A stretch of DNA of 20,000 nt from an uncultured virus (IMG/VR IMGVR_UViG_3300044729_003472). Taxonomy: Duplodnaviria; Heunggongvirae; Uroviricota; Caudoviricetes. Below are positions 8,981-16,967 of the stretch, in pieces. Made by a program: the position numbers and the translations under genes. The stretch lies in the IMG/VR virus record IMGVR_UViG_3300044729_003472. One strand, written 5' to 3'. The notes beneath the pieces were generated by a model, which was not told the origin of the DNA, did not search any database, and worked only from the letters and a program-made list of their open reading frames with translations. How positions within the stretch are numbered: position 1 is the first letter of the stretch; every line of letters begins with the position of its first letter.

Positions 8981-10021
8981 TCATGACGTTGCTCCATAGC
9001 TAATTCCGCTACCACTGATGGTCGCAGTGAAACCGTTGAGTGCTATGGCTCGACCACCAACCGCACCTGTTGTGCCCCTAACTGCGCTGCCGCCCGTGGC
9101 GCCCCAGCCACCGCCACCACCACCACCGCTGTTCACAGAGCCACCAATTGACGTTCCATTGTTATTTGCTGATCCTCCTGCGCCGCCAGCAGTTCCTTCA
9201 ACAGGAGCTGGCGCTGTAAAGGCACCACCGCCACCACCACCTCCAGCGCCACCGCCAATGCCTCCTCGTGGAGCAGTCGGAGGTCTAGCACCACCTCCAC
9301 CACCAGTTCCAGGTAATATTCGGCCTCCGCCGCCACCGCTGTCAGCTTGAAACGTAGTGCCGCCAGAACTCCAACTACCGGCTGCTCCGTTGCCGCCTGC
9401 TGCACCTGGGGCGCCACCTGCTCCGCCAGCTAGTGCACCATTGGCACTATTAATACCTGTACCGCCAGTGCCGCCGCCAGCACCACCTCCACCACCACCA
9501 TAGTTAGAACCGCCACCACCACCGCCACCGGCAATGTAGCCGTTATTTTGTACGGTGACATTGGTTCCTAAACTTATGGCGTTTCCTCCTGAAAAAGGAG
9601 TTGTGGCAGGTATGTTGTTGCGTTGAGACCCCCCACCGTTGCCGCCGCAGCCTAAAATAAAACCGTTGTTTATTAAGGTTATGCCGCCAGGCCAGGATCC
9701 GTCAATAACCAAACCAGATAGACTGGTCACAGTTGAATACACATACACATCAGCATTGACTGTGACAGTTGCCGGAAGAGTGCCATTCCACCCATTGGCC
9801 AGTGCCCAAGTTCTTAAATTTAGATTTGTTTGGTTAGTGCTGATTGTGCCTGCAAATGCATTTGCTTTTCCGTAACCATTGCTCATGGCAATGGCACCCG
9901 AAGGCACCTGAAACAAAGTACGCACTGATGCATCGTTGAGACTGATTTGGGCCGTGGAGGTCAGCCCAAGTTCGGCGTTGACTTCACTGAAATTAATAGG
10001 GCCACTGCTGGGTAATGGCAT
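8981..10021 (-). CDS. Glycine-rich receptor-binding adhesin, T-even gp38-like (copy 1)
   Basis: Full-length paralogue of 7885-8940. Starts directly after the fibre stop (TAG TAA ATG). Same gp38-like glycine motifs. Confidence 0.85.
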   Translation of the reverse strand: MPLPSSGPINFSEVNAELGLTSTAQISLNDASVRTLFQVPSGAIAMSNGYGKANAFAGTISTNQTNLNLRTWALANGWNGTLPATVTVNADVYVYSTVTSLSGLVIDGSWPGGITLINNGFILGCGGNGGGSQRNNIPATTPFSGGNAISLGTNVTVQNNGYIAGGGGGGGSNYGGGGGGAGGGTGGTGINSANGALAGGAGGAPGAAGGNGAAGSWSSGGTTFQADSGGGGGRILPGTGGGGGARPPTAPRGGIGGGAGGGGGGGAFTAPAPVEGTAGGAGGSANNNGTSIGGSVNSGGGGGGGWGATGGSAVRGTTGAVGGRAIALNGFTATISGSGISYGATS

Positions 10022-10024
10022 TTA

Positions 10025-13000
10025 CTACCCCTGATAATTGTTGCCAATTTTGTTGTTGAGTTCAATTATAGCAGCAAAAGCCAAGGCAGCCAGCTTTTCG
10101 TAGTCCACAGCAAGAGTACCATCAGGGCGTGTACGTACACCCGGTGGAAACACATTTTGTACATCCTGCGCGACCACACCAAAGTCAGACTTGCGCACAA
10201 AGTAGCCATCCTCGCCACCATTGGCTTCAACGTATTCGTTGGTCCAATCAAACAGTTTGCCACCAATGGCCATGACTTTGTCAAGAGCATCGGGGATTGG
10301 ACGAATGTTTTCTTTGAATTTACTGTCTGAACTAAAGAACGCTGTGATGTTGTTGCTGGCGCGAATTTCACCAGTGGTGCCACTGGGTGCTGTACCCACG
10401 CCTAGCGATATACCTATGGCCACGTTGCCTGCAATACCTGCACCGCCGCCAACAATCAAAGCACCGGTTGTAGTTGAAGTGGCAGCAGTTGTGCCAGAAA
10501 TATTTGCGTTACCGCCCGTGATATTGCCAGTTGAAACTGCCAAACTGGTTCCAGTAATAGCAGCACCGGCAATAGCACCTGTGGCTGACACCGCCCCGCC
10601 TGTGGTAATATTTCCACCACGCACGTTGCCTGTGGCAGTAACCAAACCTGCTGTGACAATGTTGCCACCTGTGATGTTGGCAGTGGCACTGACCAAGCCG
10701 CCTGTTATAACATTACCACCAGTAATGTTACCAGTCGCAGTCATGGTGCCTGAAGTACTGAAACTGTCACCTGTGACTGTTGACCCAATCAGGGCACCAA
10801 GGCTTTGGATGTTACCAGCCACAGCATTACCAGTCACAGAAAGTTGGCCTCCAGTGGTTATGTTGCCCCCGGTGATGTTGCCTGTGGCTGTTATTAGCCC
10901 ACCTGTGGTGAGATTGCCACCAACAACATTGGCTGTGCTCTGTATTGCCCCTGTGGCAGTAACCAGTCCACCTGTGACAATGTTGCCGCCTGTGACGTTA
11001 CCAGTGCTGCTCACAGTGCCTGAAGTAGACAATGCATTGGTTGTTTTGTTGAATTGCAAGCCAGCAGTGCCGCTGAGTGCCCCAGCATCATTGAACTGCA
11101 CACTGTTTACTGGTCCACCAGGACTGGCCAAAGCAGTGACACCGGTCAATGCGCTGCCGTTGCCAATAAAGAAACTGCCAGAAATATTGGCTGATGACAC
11201 TATGTTTCCAGATACACTCAACAATCCTGTGACGTTGGTTTGACCAGTGCCGTTTGGTATCAAGCTGATGTTACCATTGGATCCTGTGCTAATAACCAGT
11301 GCTCCAGTGTCAACAATGTTGCCTGTGAGATTTAAGTTTCCGCCTGAAACATTGCCGGTGGCATTGACTGCACCTGCGGTTTCGACGTTGCCGCCAATCA
11401 CATTGCCTGTGGCTGATACTAAACCTGCGGTGTTGACATTGCCACCTGACAAATTGCCAGTGGCCTGTATAGTACCAGTGGCTGTGATCAAACCACCTGT
11501 TTCAATATTACCACCTGTAACGTTGGCAGTAGCACTGACCAAACCGGCTGTGACGATATTTCCGCCTGTGACATTGGCTGTAGCACTTACAACACCTGCA
11601 GTGATAATATTGCCACCCACAACGTTTGCTGTGGCAGTTACGATGCCCGCTGTGACAAGATTACCACCAACCACATTGGCTGTGGCACTGACTAGTCCTG
11701 GTGTGTTTAGGTTGCCGCCGCGTACATTTCCAGTGGCAGTGATCAAACCTGCTGTGCTGACATTACCTGCAACTACGTTGCCAACCACACTGAGAGCCGA
11801 AGCACTGTTGCTGTTGACCAAAAGTGTGGTAAAAGCACTGAATGTAACTGTGCCTGCACCGCCGCTGGGGCCTACTGAAACAGTTGTGGTTCCAGCTGAT
11901 GCGCCTGTAGCAAAGTTAACTGTCTTGGTGTTGGCTGCGCCTGTGGCGCCTGTGGCAATGTTTACTGTGGCATTGCTGGCTGTGCGACCCACAGTGATTG
12001 TTCCAGTTTGGCCTGTACCGCCCATGACAATGTTGCCGGTGGTCAGCAAATGGCCCATGCTGAGGTCGTAGAATGTGCTGCTGAATGTGACTTGATCAGT
12101 GGTGACCAAGTTGGCCATGCTCATTTGGCCTAAAGTAGATACATTGCCTGCAGACACATTTCCAATAGCAGTGACATTGCCGCCTGCTGAAATCTGTCCT
12201 GCTGTGCGCAGATTACCGCCCACAACGTTGGCAAGAGACTGTACCACACCAGTGGCTGTGATGGTGCCTGTGGTAGTTATTACTCCACTGGAAATTATGT
12301 TTCCGCCAGTTACATTGCCCGCTGTGCTGATGTTACCCGCTGTGATATCACCAGTTGCTGTGACAACACCAGCAGTGACAATATTCCCACCCGTGATGTT
12401 GCCAGCACTTGACACAGTGCCCGTAGACACCAAGGCATTAGTAGTTTTGTCAAAAGTTAATCCTGCTGTGCCGCCAGTGCTGCCAGCATCATTGAACTGC
12501 ACATTGGTGTTGACACCAGCTGGTGTGGCAGTGGCTGTGATGCCTGTGAGCTGACTGCCGTTGCCCAAGAACAGATTGGCACTGATATTGCCTGCTGCAC
12601 TCACAGTTCCTGTGGTGCTTAGGGCATTTGTGGTCTTGTTAAATGTCAATCCAGCAGTACCGCCAGTGCTGCCAGCATCATTGAACTGCACGTAGGTATC
12701 AAGACCCGCGGGTGTGGCTGTGGCAGTGATACCGGTGAGCTGGCTTCCGTTACCCAAGAACAAGTTGGCGCTGATATTGCCAGTGGTGCTGACTGTGCCA
12801 GTGGTCAATATATTACCGCCTGTGATGTTGCCAGTTGCTGTGATCAAACCTGCGGTGCTGATGTTTCCACCTGTGACATTGCCAGTTGCTGTGATCAAGC
12901 CTGCTGTGCTGATGTTTCCACCGTTGACATTGCCAGTAGCAGAAACCAAACCGCCAGTATTGACATTGGCAGCAGTTAAATTACCTGTGGTGGTAAATGC

Positions 13001-14257
13001 CGAGCTTGTGCCGTTGGCCAACAAAGGTTGTCCTGCCACAGTAAGCACGTTGCCTGCGGCCATGGTGACTGGCACGTTGCCAATGTAGATTGTTGTGTTG
13101 CTGACGTAGAGATCTTTCCACTGATTTGCTGCATTGCCTAGACTATAGGTAGCATTGGCACTGGGAATAATATTGCCAGCCCAACCTGTTTCGCCATAGG
13201 CCGCAACATTTGAGTTACTGTATGTGCCTGCGACACCAACACCGGTCAAGAATGCGCCGTTGCCATAGTAAAATGTTGCCACAACATCTGAGTTGGTGGT
13301 GATGTTGCCAGTGGCAGTGATAATGCCGTCGCTGCGAATGTTACCACCCGTGACATTTCCTGTGGCACTGACTCCAGCAGCGCCGGCTGTGATACCTCCA
13401 ACTGAATTCACATTGCCAGCATTGACATTACCAGTGGCTGTGATCAAACCTGCTGTGCTGAGATTGCCCACTGTGGCATTGCCGGTGGCACTGAAGGTAC
13501 CAGAACCTGTCAAATTACCTGTGCTGACATTGCCAGTCAAAGTTACGTTGCCATTGGCCCAAACACTGCCGCCCACAGCCAGTTGATTCACAGGTGCGCC
13601 ATTGGCAATACCCACGTTGCCTGTGCTGAGAATATCCACTCGTGAAGTCAAAGCACCACCGTTGTTTGACGTCATGATATGAACAGTGGCGTTGCCTAGG
13701 GTTCCAGTGTATACCGTGCGAATTGCTGCCGTGGCTCTTGCAGCGAAACTACTATCGTTGGTGAAAAAATCAATTGCACCTAGCTGTTGCCCGGCCAAAA
13801 CAGTGGTGTCAGTGTCATTGAACAGTAGAGTTGCGTTGCCTGCACTGCTGTCGCGTGTTAGAACAACATTGCCTGTGGTATTGAGATTGGCAGCATCTAT
13901 GTTGCCGGCCACAGCAAAACTGCCCGCAGTGGACAGGTTTCCTGCTGTTAGATTACCACTGACATTGGCATATCCTGTAATGTTTGCCCCAGCTGAGGTA
14001 ATCACTACAACATTGCTGACACCGCCCACAGCCGCAGTTATATTGCCACTGGGGGTAGGAATTTCTACATTGCTGGTTCCATTGAAAATTCTATCGCCCG
14101 CGATGTTTCCGGTCAAACTGGCGTTGCCAGTGACAGTCAAATCACCGTTGATGATAACTTCAGCAGCATTGGCAAATTCCCCTTCAAAAGTGATAGAATC
14201 TGTTGCGCTCAGGGTTTGAATTACAAGATTTCCAGCGACTCGCTTATAGATGGCCAT
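10025..14257 (-). CDS. Long tail fibre protein (1410 aa) with C-terminal peptidase S74 intramolecular chaperone
   Basis: C-terminal SDSKFKENIRPI.DALDKV..I.G..FDW...GVVAQDVQ.VFP..V.....G.LAVDYEKL.A....AI.EL (about 10025-10330) is the S74 auto-cleaving chaperone with an S-D-x-x-x-K dyad. Body has 17-aa TGNITGGN repeats. Confidence 0.92.
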   Translation of the reverse strand: MAIYKRVAGNLVIQTLSATDSITFEGEFANAAEVIINGDLTVTGNASLTGNIAGDRIFNGTSNVEIPTPSGNITAAVGGVSNVVVITSAGANITGYANVSGNLTAGNLSTAGSFAVAGNIDAANLNTTGNVVLTRDSSAGNATLLFNDTDTTVLAGQQLGAIDFFTNDSSFAARATAAIRTVYTGTLGNATVHIMTSNNGGALTSRVDILSTGNVGIANGAPVNQLAVGGSVWANGNVTLTGNVSTGNLTGSGTFSATGNATVGNLSTAGLITATGNVNAGNVNSVGGITAGAAGVSATGNVTGGNIRSDGIITATGNITTNSDVVATFYYGNGAFLTGVGVAGTYSNSNVAAYGETGWAGNIIPSANATYSLGNAANQWKDLYVSNTTIYIGNVPVTMAAGNVLTVAGQPLLANGTSSAFTTTGNLTAANVNTGGLVSATGNVNGGNISTAGLITATGNVTGGNISTAGLITATGNITGGNILTTGTVSTTGNISANLFLGNGSQLTGITATATPAGLDTYVQFNDAGSTGGTAGLTFNKTTNALSTTGTVSAAGNISANLFLGNGSQLTGITATATPAGVNTNVQFNDAGSTGGTAGLTFDKTTNALVSTGTVSSAGNITGGNIVTAGVVTATGDITAGNISTAGNVTGGNIISSGVITTTGTITATGVVQSLANVVGGNLRTAGQISAGGNVTAIGNVSAGNVSTLGQMSMANLVTTDQVTFSSTFYDLSMGHLLTTGNIVMGGTGQTGTITVGRTASNATVNIATGATGAANTKTVNFATGASAGTTTVSVGPSGGAGTVTFSAFTTLLVNSNSASALSVVGNVVAGNVSTAGLITATGNVRGGNLNTPGLVSATANVVGGNLVTAGIVTATANVVGGNIITAGVVSATANVTGGNIVTAGLVSATANVTGGNIETGGLITATGTIQATGNLSGGNVNTAGLVSATGNVIGGNVETAGAVNATGNVSGGNLNLTGNIVDTGALVISTGSNGNISLIPNGTGQTNVTGLLSVSGNIVSSANISGSFFIGNGSALTGVTALASPGGPVNSVQFNDAGALSGTAGLQFNKTTNALSTSGTVSSTGNVTGGNIVTGGLVTATGAIQSTANVVGGNLTTGGLITATGNITGGNITTGGQLSVTGNAVAGNIQSLGALIGSTVTGDSFSTSGTMTATGNITGGNVITGGLVSATANITGGNIVTAGLVTATGNVRGGNITTGGAVSATGAIAGAAITGTSLAVSTGNITGGNANISGTTAATSTTTGALIVGGGAGIAGNVAIGISLGVGTAPSGTTGEIRASNNITAFFSSDSKFKENIRPIPDALDKVMAIGGKLFDWTNEYVEANGGEDGYFVRKSDFGVVAQDVQNVFPPGVRTRPDGTLAVDYEKLAALAFAAIIELNNKIGNNYQG
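12402..12780 (-). repeat. 189-nt (63-aa) tandem duplication within the 1410-aa fibre; third diverged copy at about 11030-11190
   Basis: GNISANLFLGNGSQLTGITATATPAG..T.VQFNDAGSTGGTAGLTF.KTTNAL occurs twice, 189 nt apart (ctgatattg at 12582 and 12771). Confidence 0.9.
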
Positions 14258-14845
14258 TTACAAATCCTTTCCATTATTTATACGGTCAAGGAAGTCTGCT
14301 ATATCCAAGCTGTGATGATTGTCTAAGTGGGCAAAATCTGGTATTTTTGCGGTGCTTTGGCCCAGAATTCTGGTGTAAGTTGTGCGTGGATTGTCTGTCA
14401 TGATTGAAACCAGTTGTCTCACCCAATTTCCAGCATAGGTGGGTGTGGCAGTGCTTTTTTTGTAGAATTCTGTGTCTGCGTACACATTGTTGAATGTGCC
14501 AGTGGGCATTGGTCCTAGATCAAACCCTATTAGATATATTGAACGATGTCGGTCCTGTGTGGCAATGCCCACTGCTGCTGGACCAGAACTGAAACCAAAA
14601 TATCTAGGTGGAATGCGTTGTGCGCCAGAATCTGGCAGAGGCTTACGTGTGTAGTGAAGGTGCCGCTGACTGTAACCAGAATTCTGTATCTCAGCACTGA
14701 TGGGCGGATCTGTGCTTACCAACACCGTGGGCTGATAATCTCTATACAGTGCATTACAACCGTACACAGCACCATGAGCCTGCAGTTTGTGCAGATCTAT
14801 ATCGCGCCGGCTTGTTCCGTTTCCCAACACAAATGCTATGGTCAT
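14258..14845 (-). CDS. Maf/MptE (DUF115)-like protein, putative glycosyltransferase with sialyltransferase-like fold
   Basis: Motifs AFVLGNGTSR, VYGCNALYRD, LVSTD, FSSGPAAVGIA and IYLIGFD match the Maf/MptE-like family pattern. Its stop abuts the fibre ATG (TAAATG). Confidence 0.7.
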   Translation of the reverse strand: MTIAFVLGNGTSRRDIDLHKLQAHGAVYGCNALYRDYQPTVLVSTDPPISAEIQNSGYSQRHLHYTRKPLPDSGAQRIPPRYFGFSSGPAAVGIATQDRHRSIYLIGFDLGPMPTGTFNNVYADTEFYKKSTATPTYAGNWVRQLVSIMTDNPRTTYTRILGQSTAKIPDFAHLDNHHSLDIADFLDRINNGKDL

Positions 14846-14881
14846 AAAAAATCCTCCCTGTATGTATCTGGGAGGATTTTT
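14846..14881 (-). terminator. 12-bp stem hairpin with U-tract; putative intrinsic terminator whose 3' arm contains the SD of the Maf-like gene
   Basis: Minus strand: AAAAATCCTCCC-AGATACATACA-GGGAGGATTTTTT-ATG. Confidence 0.75.
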
Positions 14882-14901
14882 CGTTTGGAAAAACCAGCAG
14901 T

Positions 14902-15675
14902 TTAGCTGTTGTATTTTTCCACAATACCAAGATCCAGCAGGTTCTGTTGACCGCCACTCACAGAGCCAGTGTTGGCTGCGCCAGTAGTTCCAGACTTGAT
15001 CACAGTGCCTTCGTCTGTGAAGAAGTTTGTGGCATAACGCTTGTCGCCCACAACACTGGTGGCTTCATAATTAGATCCGCCAGTCCAGTCCAACATGAAC
15101 TTGTTGGTCAGCTTGCTGATGGTTTGAGCAGTAGAATCATTGAGCGAGAATGTGATATTCATGTTGCCCGAAGTCAATGCTGCATCAGCTTCGTTTGCCA
15201 AGATACAAACACCCACAGCATTCACACGACCTGTGCCAGTGTTGGCCAAAGCAGCGGTAGCTGTGAAAATTGTGCCCACCGCTGCTGATCCTGTGACACC
15301 ATATGCAGCCCAGTTGGTGTCGCCCACAACTGTGATTCTGTAGCTGACATTGGCCACCAGAGCTGTGCGAGCAGTGATACCGCCCACAAGATACTTGTGT
15401 GAGCCTTTTTGTCTGATGATGTAGCCATCTTCTTCAGCCAAGCCTGTTACGAAAATGCGGCATTTGACTGTGGGATAATTTGCGGAATCAACTGTGTTGG
15501 AACCGCCAACCACACCTTCGTATTCGGTGGCGCTGTTGGGTGTGAAACCGTCAGGAACCACCGGGGCTGTCAGTGCAGAAAATGGTGCAAAGCCAATGTC
15601 TACCCCAGGATTCGCGCCTGTGGTGGAATTGTAACCGGTTTCAATGATTTTTTTGATTTTGAGAGGACGTCCCAT
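14902..15675 (-). CDS. Conserved phage hypothetical protein (MGRPL type), probably a virion structural protein
   Basis: 257-aa ORF with strong SD TAAGGAG (15684-15690). MGRPL start, GYIIRQKGSHKYLV motif and a Y.I...G.T.W...G......G..FTAT module seen in large-phage structural proteins. Function unknown. Confidence 0.8.
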   Translation of the reverse strand: MGRPLKIKKIIETGYNSTTGANPGVDIGFAPFSALTAPVVPDGFTPNSATEYEGVVGGSNTVDSANYPTVKCRIFVTGLAEEDGYIIRQKGSHKYLVGGITARTALVANVSYRITVVGDTNWAAYGVTGSAAVGTIFTATAALANTGTGRVNAVGVCILANEADAALTSGNMNITFSLNDSTAQTISKLTNKFMLDWTGGSNYEATSVVGDKRYATNFFTDEGTVIKSGTTGAANTGSVSGGQQNLLDLGIVEKYNS

Positions 15676-15760
15676 TTTGTTTTCTCCTTAAAGAAGTCCA
15701 ATGTGGGTTCTAGCCACTACGCGGGTGGTGTCCCGCATAAAACGCACTATTGCGTTGATG
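15676..15760 (-). promoter_or_regulatory. Structured 5' leader (three consecutive hairpins) of the MGRPL gene; candidate cis-regulatory RNA
   Basis: Minus strand: AACGCA-ATAG-TGCGTT (15741-15756), TATGCGGG-ACACCA-CCCGCGTA (15718-15739, one G-U pair), GTGG-CTAGAAC-CCAC (15703-15717), then CTTCTTTAAGGAG. Confidence 0.6.
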
Positions 15761-15778
15761 TGTATTTATTGTTATAAT
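15750..15778 (+). promoter_or_regulatory. Sigma70-type promoter for the TPR-glycosyltransferase gene
   Basis: TTGCGT (15750-15755), 17-nt spacer, TATAAT (15773-15778), with extended -10 TG at 15770-15771. Confidence 0.55.
15763..15768 (-). promoter_or_regulatory. T4-like late promoter core TAAATA for the MGRPL operon
   Basis: Minus strand AATAAATACACATC, ending 6 nt before the first leader hairpin. Confidence 0.65.
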
Positions 15779-15806
15779 AAAAATCTACCAGCACCTGCTG
15801 CAAAAT

Positions 15807-15812
15807 TAAATA
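15807..15812 (+). promoter_or_regulatory. TAAATA box 5 nt before the ATG; possible late promoter giving a leaderless transcript
   Basis: AATTAAATATTGTCATG, with no SD motif upstream of ATG 15818. Confidence 0.5.
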
Positions 15813-15817
15813 TTGTC

Positions 15818-16966
15818 ATGAATCCAAATGAACTTATAGACCTAGGTAACCAACATCGTGCTGATCACCGGCCGCACGAAGCTCTCAAATGCTATGCACA
15901 GGTTTTTGTTGAGCATCCCGACTTTGCTCCGGCCTGGAACAATTACGGCAACGTCATGCGTGAGTGTGGTTATCCTGAACGTGCCATACCGTTTTTACAG
16001 CATGCTGCTGTGCTTGACCCCAACAACATCACTACCCGATTCAATCTAGCAGTGGCCTATCTACTCAGCGGAGACTATGCTCGTGGTTGGCCTGCCTACG
16101 AAGAACGCTGGGACTACGAGCATCTAGCAGGAACTTTGCCCAATTTAGACAAGCCACGCTGGCAGGGTGAGGATCTCAAGGGCAAGACCATACTGGTGGT
16201 GGGCGAACAAGGTCATGGCGACAACATTCAGTTTGTGAGATTCTTGTATCCGCTACATCTTGCGGGAGCCAAGATCAAACTGCAGGTCACCGATGCCCTA
16301 GTGCCCTTGATGTACCCAGGCACCGTGATCAGTCAGGTGGGTCGCTACAGTGATGACATGGGCGACTTTGACTACTGGACTCCTATCATGAGCATTGCTG
16401 GCATCATCGGAGTCACACTTGACCGACTGCCCAAGGTCATCAGCTATCTCAACGCAGACAAAGCTCTAGAACGTGAGTGGTTACAGCGTCTAGGCCCAAA
16501 AACTCGCATGCGCATTGGATTCAGCTGGAGTGGTAGACCAGATTCTTGGCTCAATCAGCACAAAGCAGTGCCGTTTGAAAAAATGCTGGATTTGATACGC
16601 AGCACTCCGCAGTATGAATGGATCAACTTGCAAGTAGACGCCACACCTGAACAAGAAGCAGCCATGGCTGCAGCCGGGGTCACAATGTATCCTGGCACTG
16701 TCAACAGCTTCTTGGACACTGCTAGCCTAATGACACACATGGACATTGTGTTGAGTGTGGACACAGCAGTGAGTCACTTGGCAGCAGCCTTGGGCAGACC
16801 AGCCTGGATCATGCTCAATGCCTTTGCCACAGACTGGCGTTGGTTGCTGAATCGCGATGATAGCCCTTGGTATTCCACTGCCAGACTGTTTAGACAGCCC
16901 AGCATGGGCGATTGGGACTCAGTTTTGAAAAAAGTAGAACAGTATCTAAAGTGGTACAAGGTTTAA
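15818..16966 (+). CDS. TPR repeat + glycosyltransferase family 9-like (GT-B) protein
   Basis: N-terminal TPRs (AWNNYGNVMRECG, RFNLAVAYLLSGDY) followed by W.GEDL.GKTILV.GEQG.GD.IQF.R, IG.SWSG, D.VLSVDTAVSHLAAALG.P.W and DWRWLL.R.DSPWY...RLFRQ...GDW. Start reassigned from 15701 to 15818 (MNPNEL) because the extension overlaps the regulatory region and lacks homology-like character. Confidence 0.88.
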   Translation: MNPNELIDLGNQHRADHRPHEALKCYAQVFVEHPDFAPAWNNYGNVMRECGYPERAIPFLQHAAVLDPNNITTRFNLAVAYLLSGDYARGWPAYEERWDYEHLAGTLPNLDKPRWQGEDLKGKTILVVGEQGHGDNIQFVRFLYPLHLAGAKIKLQVTDALVPLMYPGTVISQVGRYSDDMGDFDYWTPIMSIAGIIGVTLDRLPKVISYLNADKALEREWLQRLGPKTRMRIGFSWSGRPDSWLNQHKAVPFEKMLDLIRSTPQYEWINLQVDATPEQEAAMAAAGVTMYPGTVNSFLDTASLMTHMDIVLSVDTAVSHLAAALGRPAWIMLNAFATDWRWLLNRDDSPWYSTARLFRQPSMGDWDSVLKKVEQYLKWYKV

Positions 16967-16967
16967 G

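Noticed and set aside
7885..10021. Diversity-generating retroelement (TR/VR pair) or invertible shufflon explaining the two adhesins
   Set aside because: Differences are not adenine-specific and include indels and synonymous changes throughout. Both copies are complete and in the same orientation. No reverse transcriptase, recombinase or flanking inverted sites in the window.
10022..10027. Stop-codon reassignment (the only TAG stop is backed by an in-frame TAA)
   Set aside because: The long genes translate uninterrupted in the standard code and coding density is already near complete, so there is no positive evidence for recoding.
15701..15817. 39-aa N-terminal extension of the TPR-GT ORF given in the track
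   Set aside because: Overlaps the leader hairpins and promoter motifs; the TPR-like sequence begins at MNPNEL (15818).
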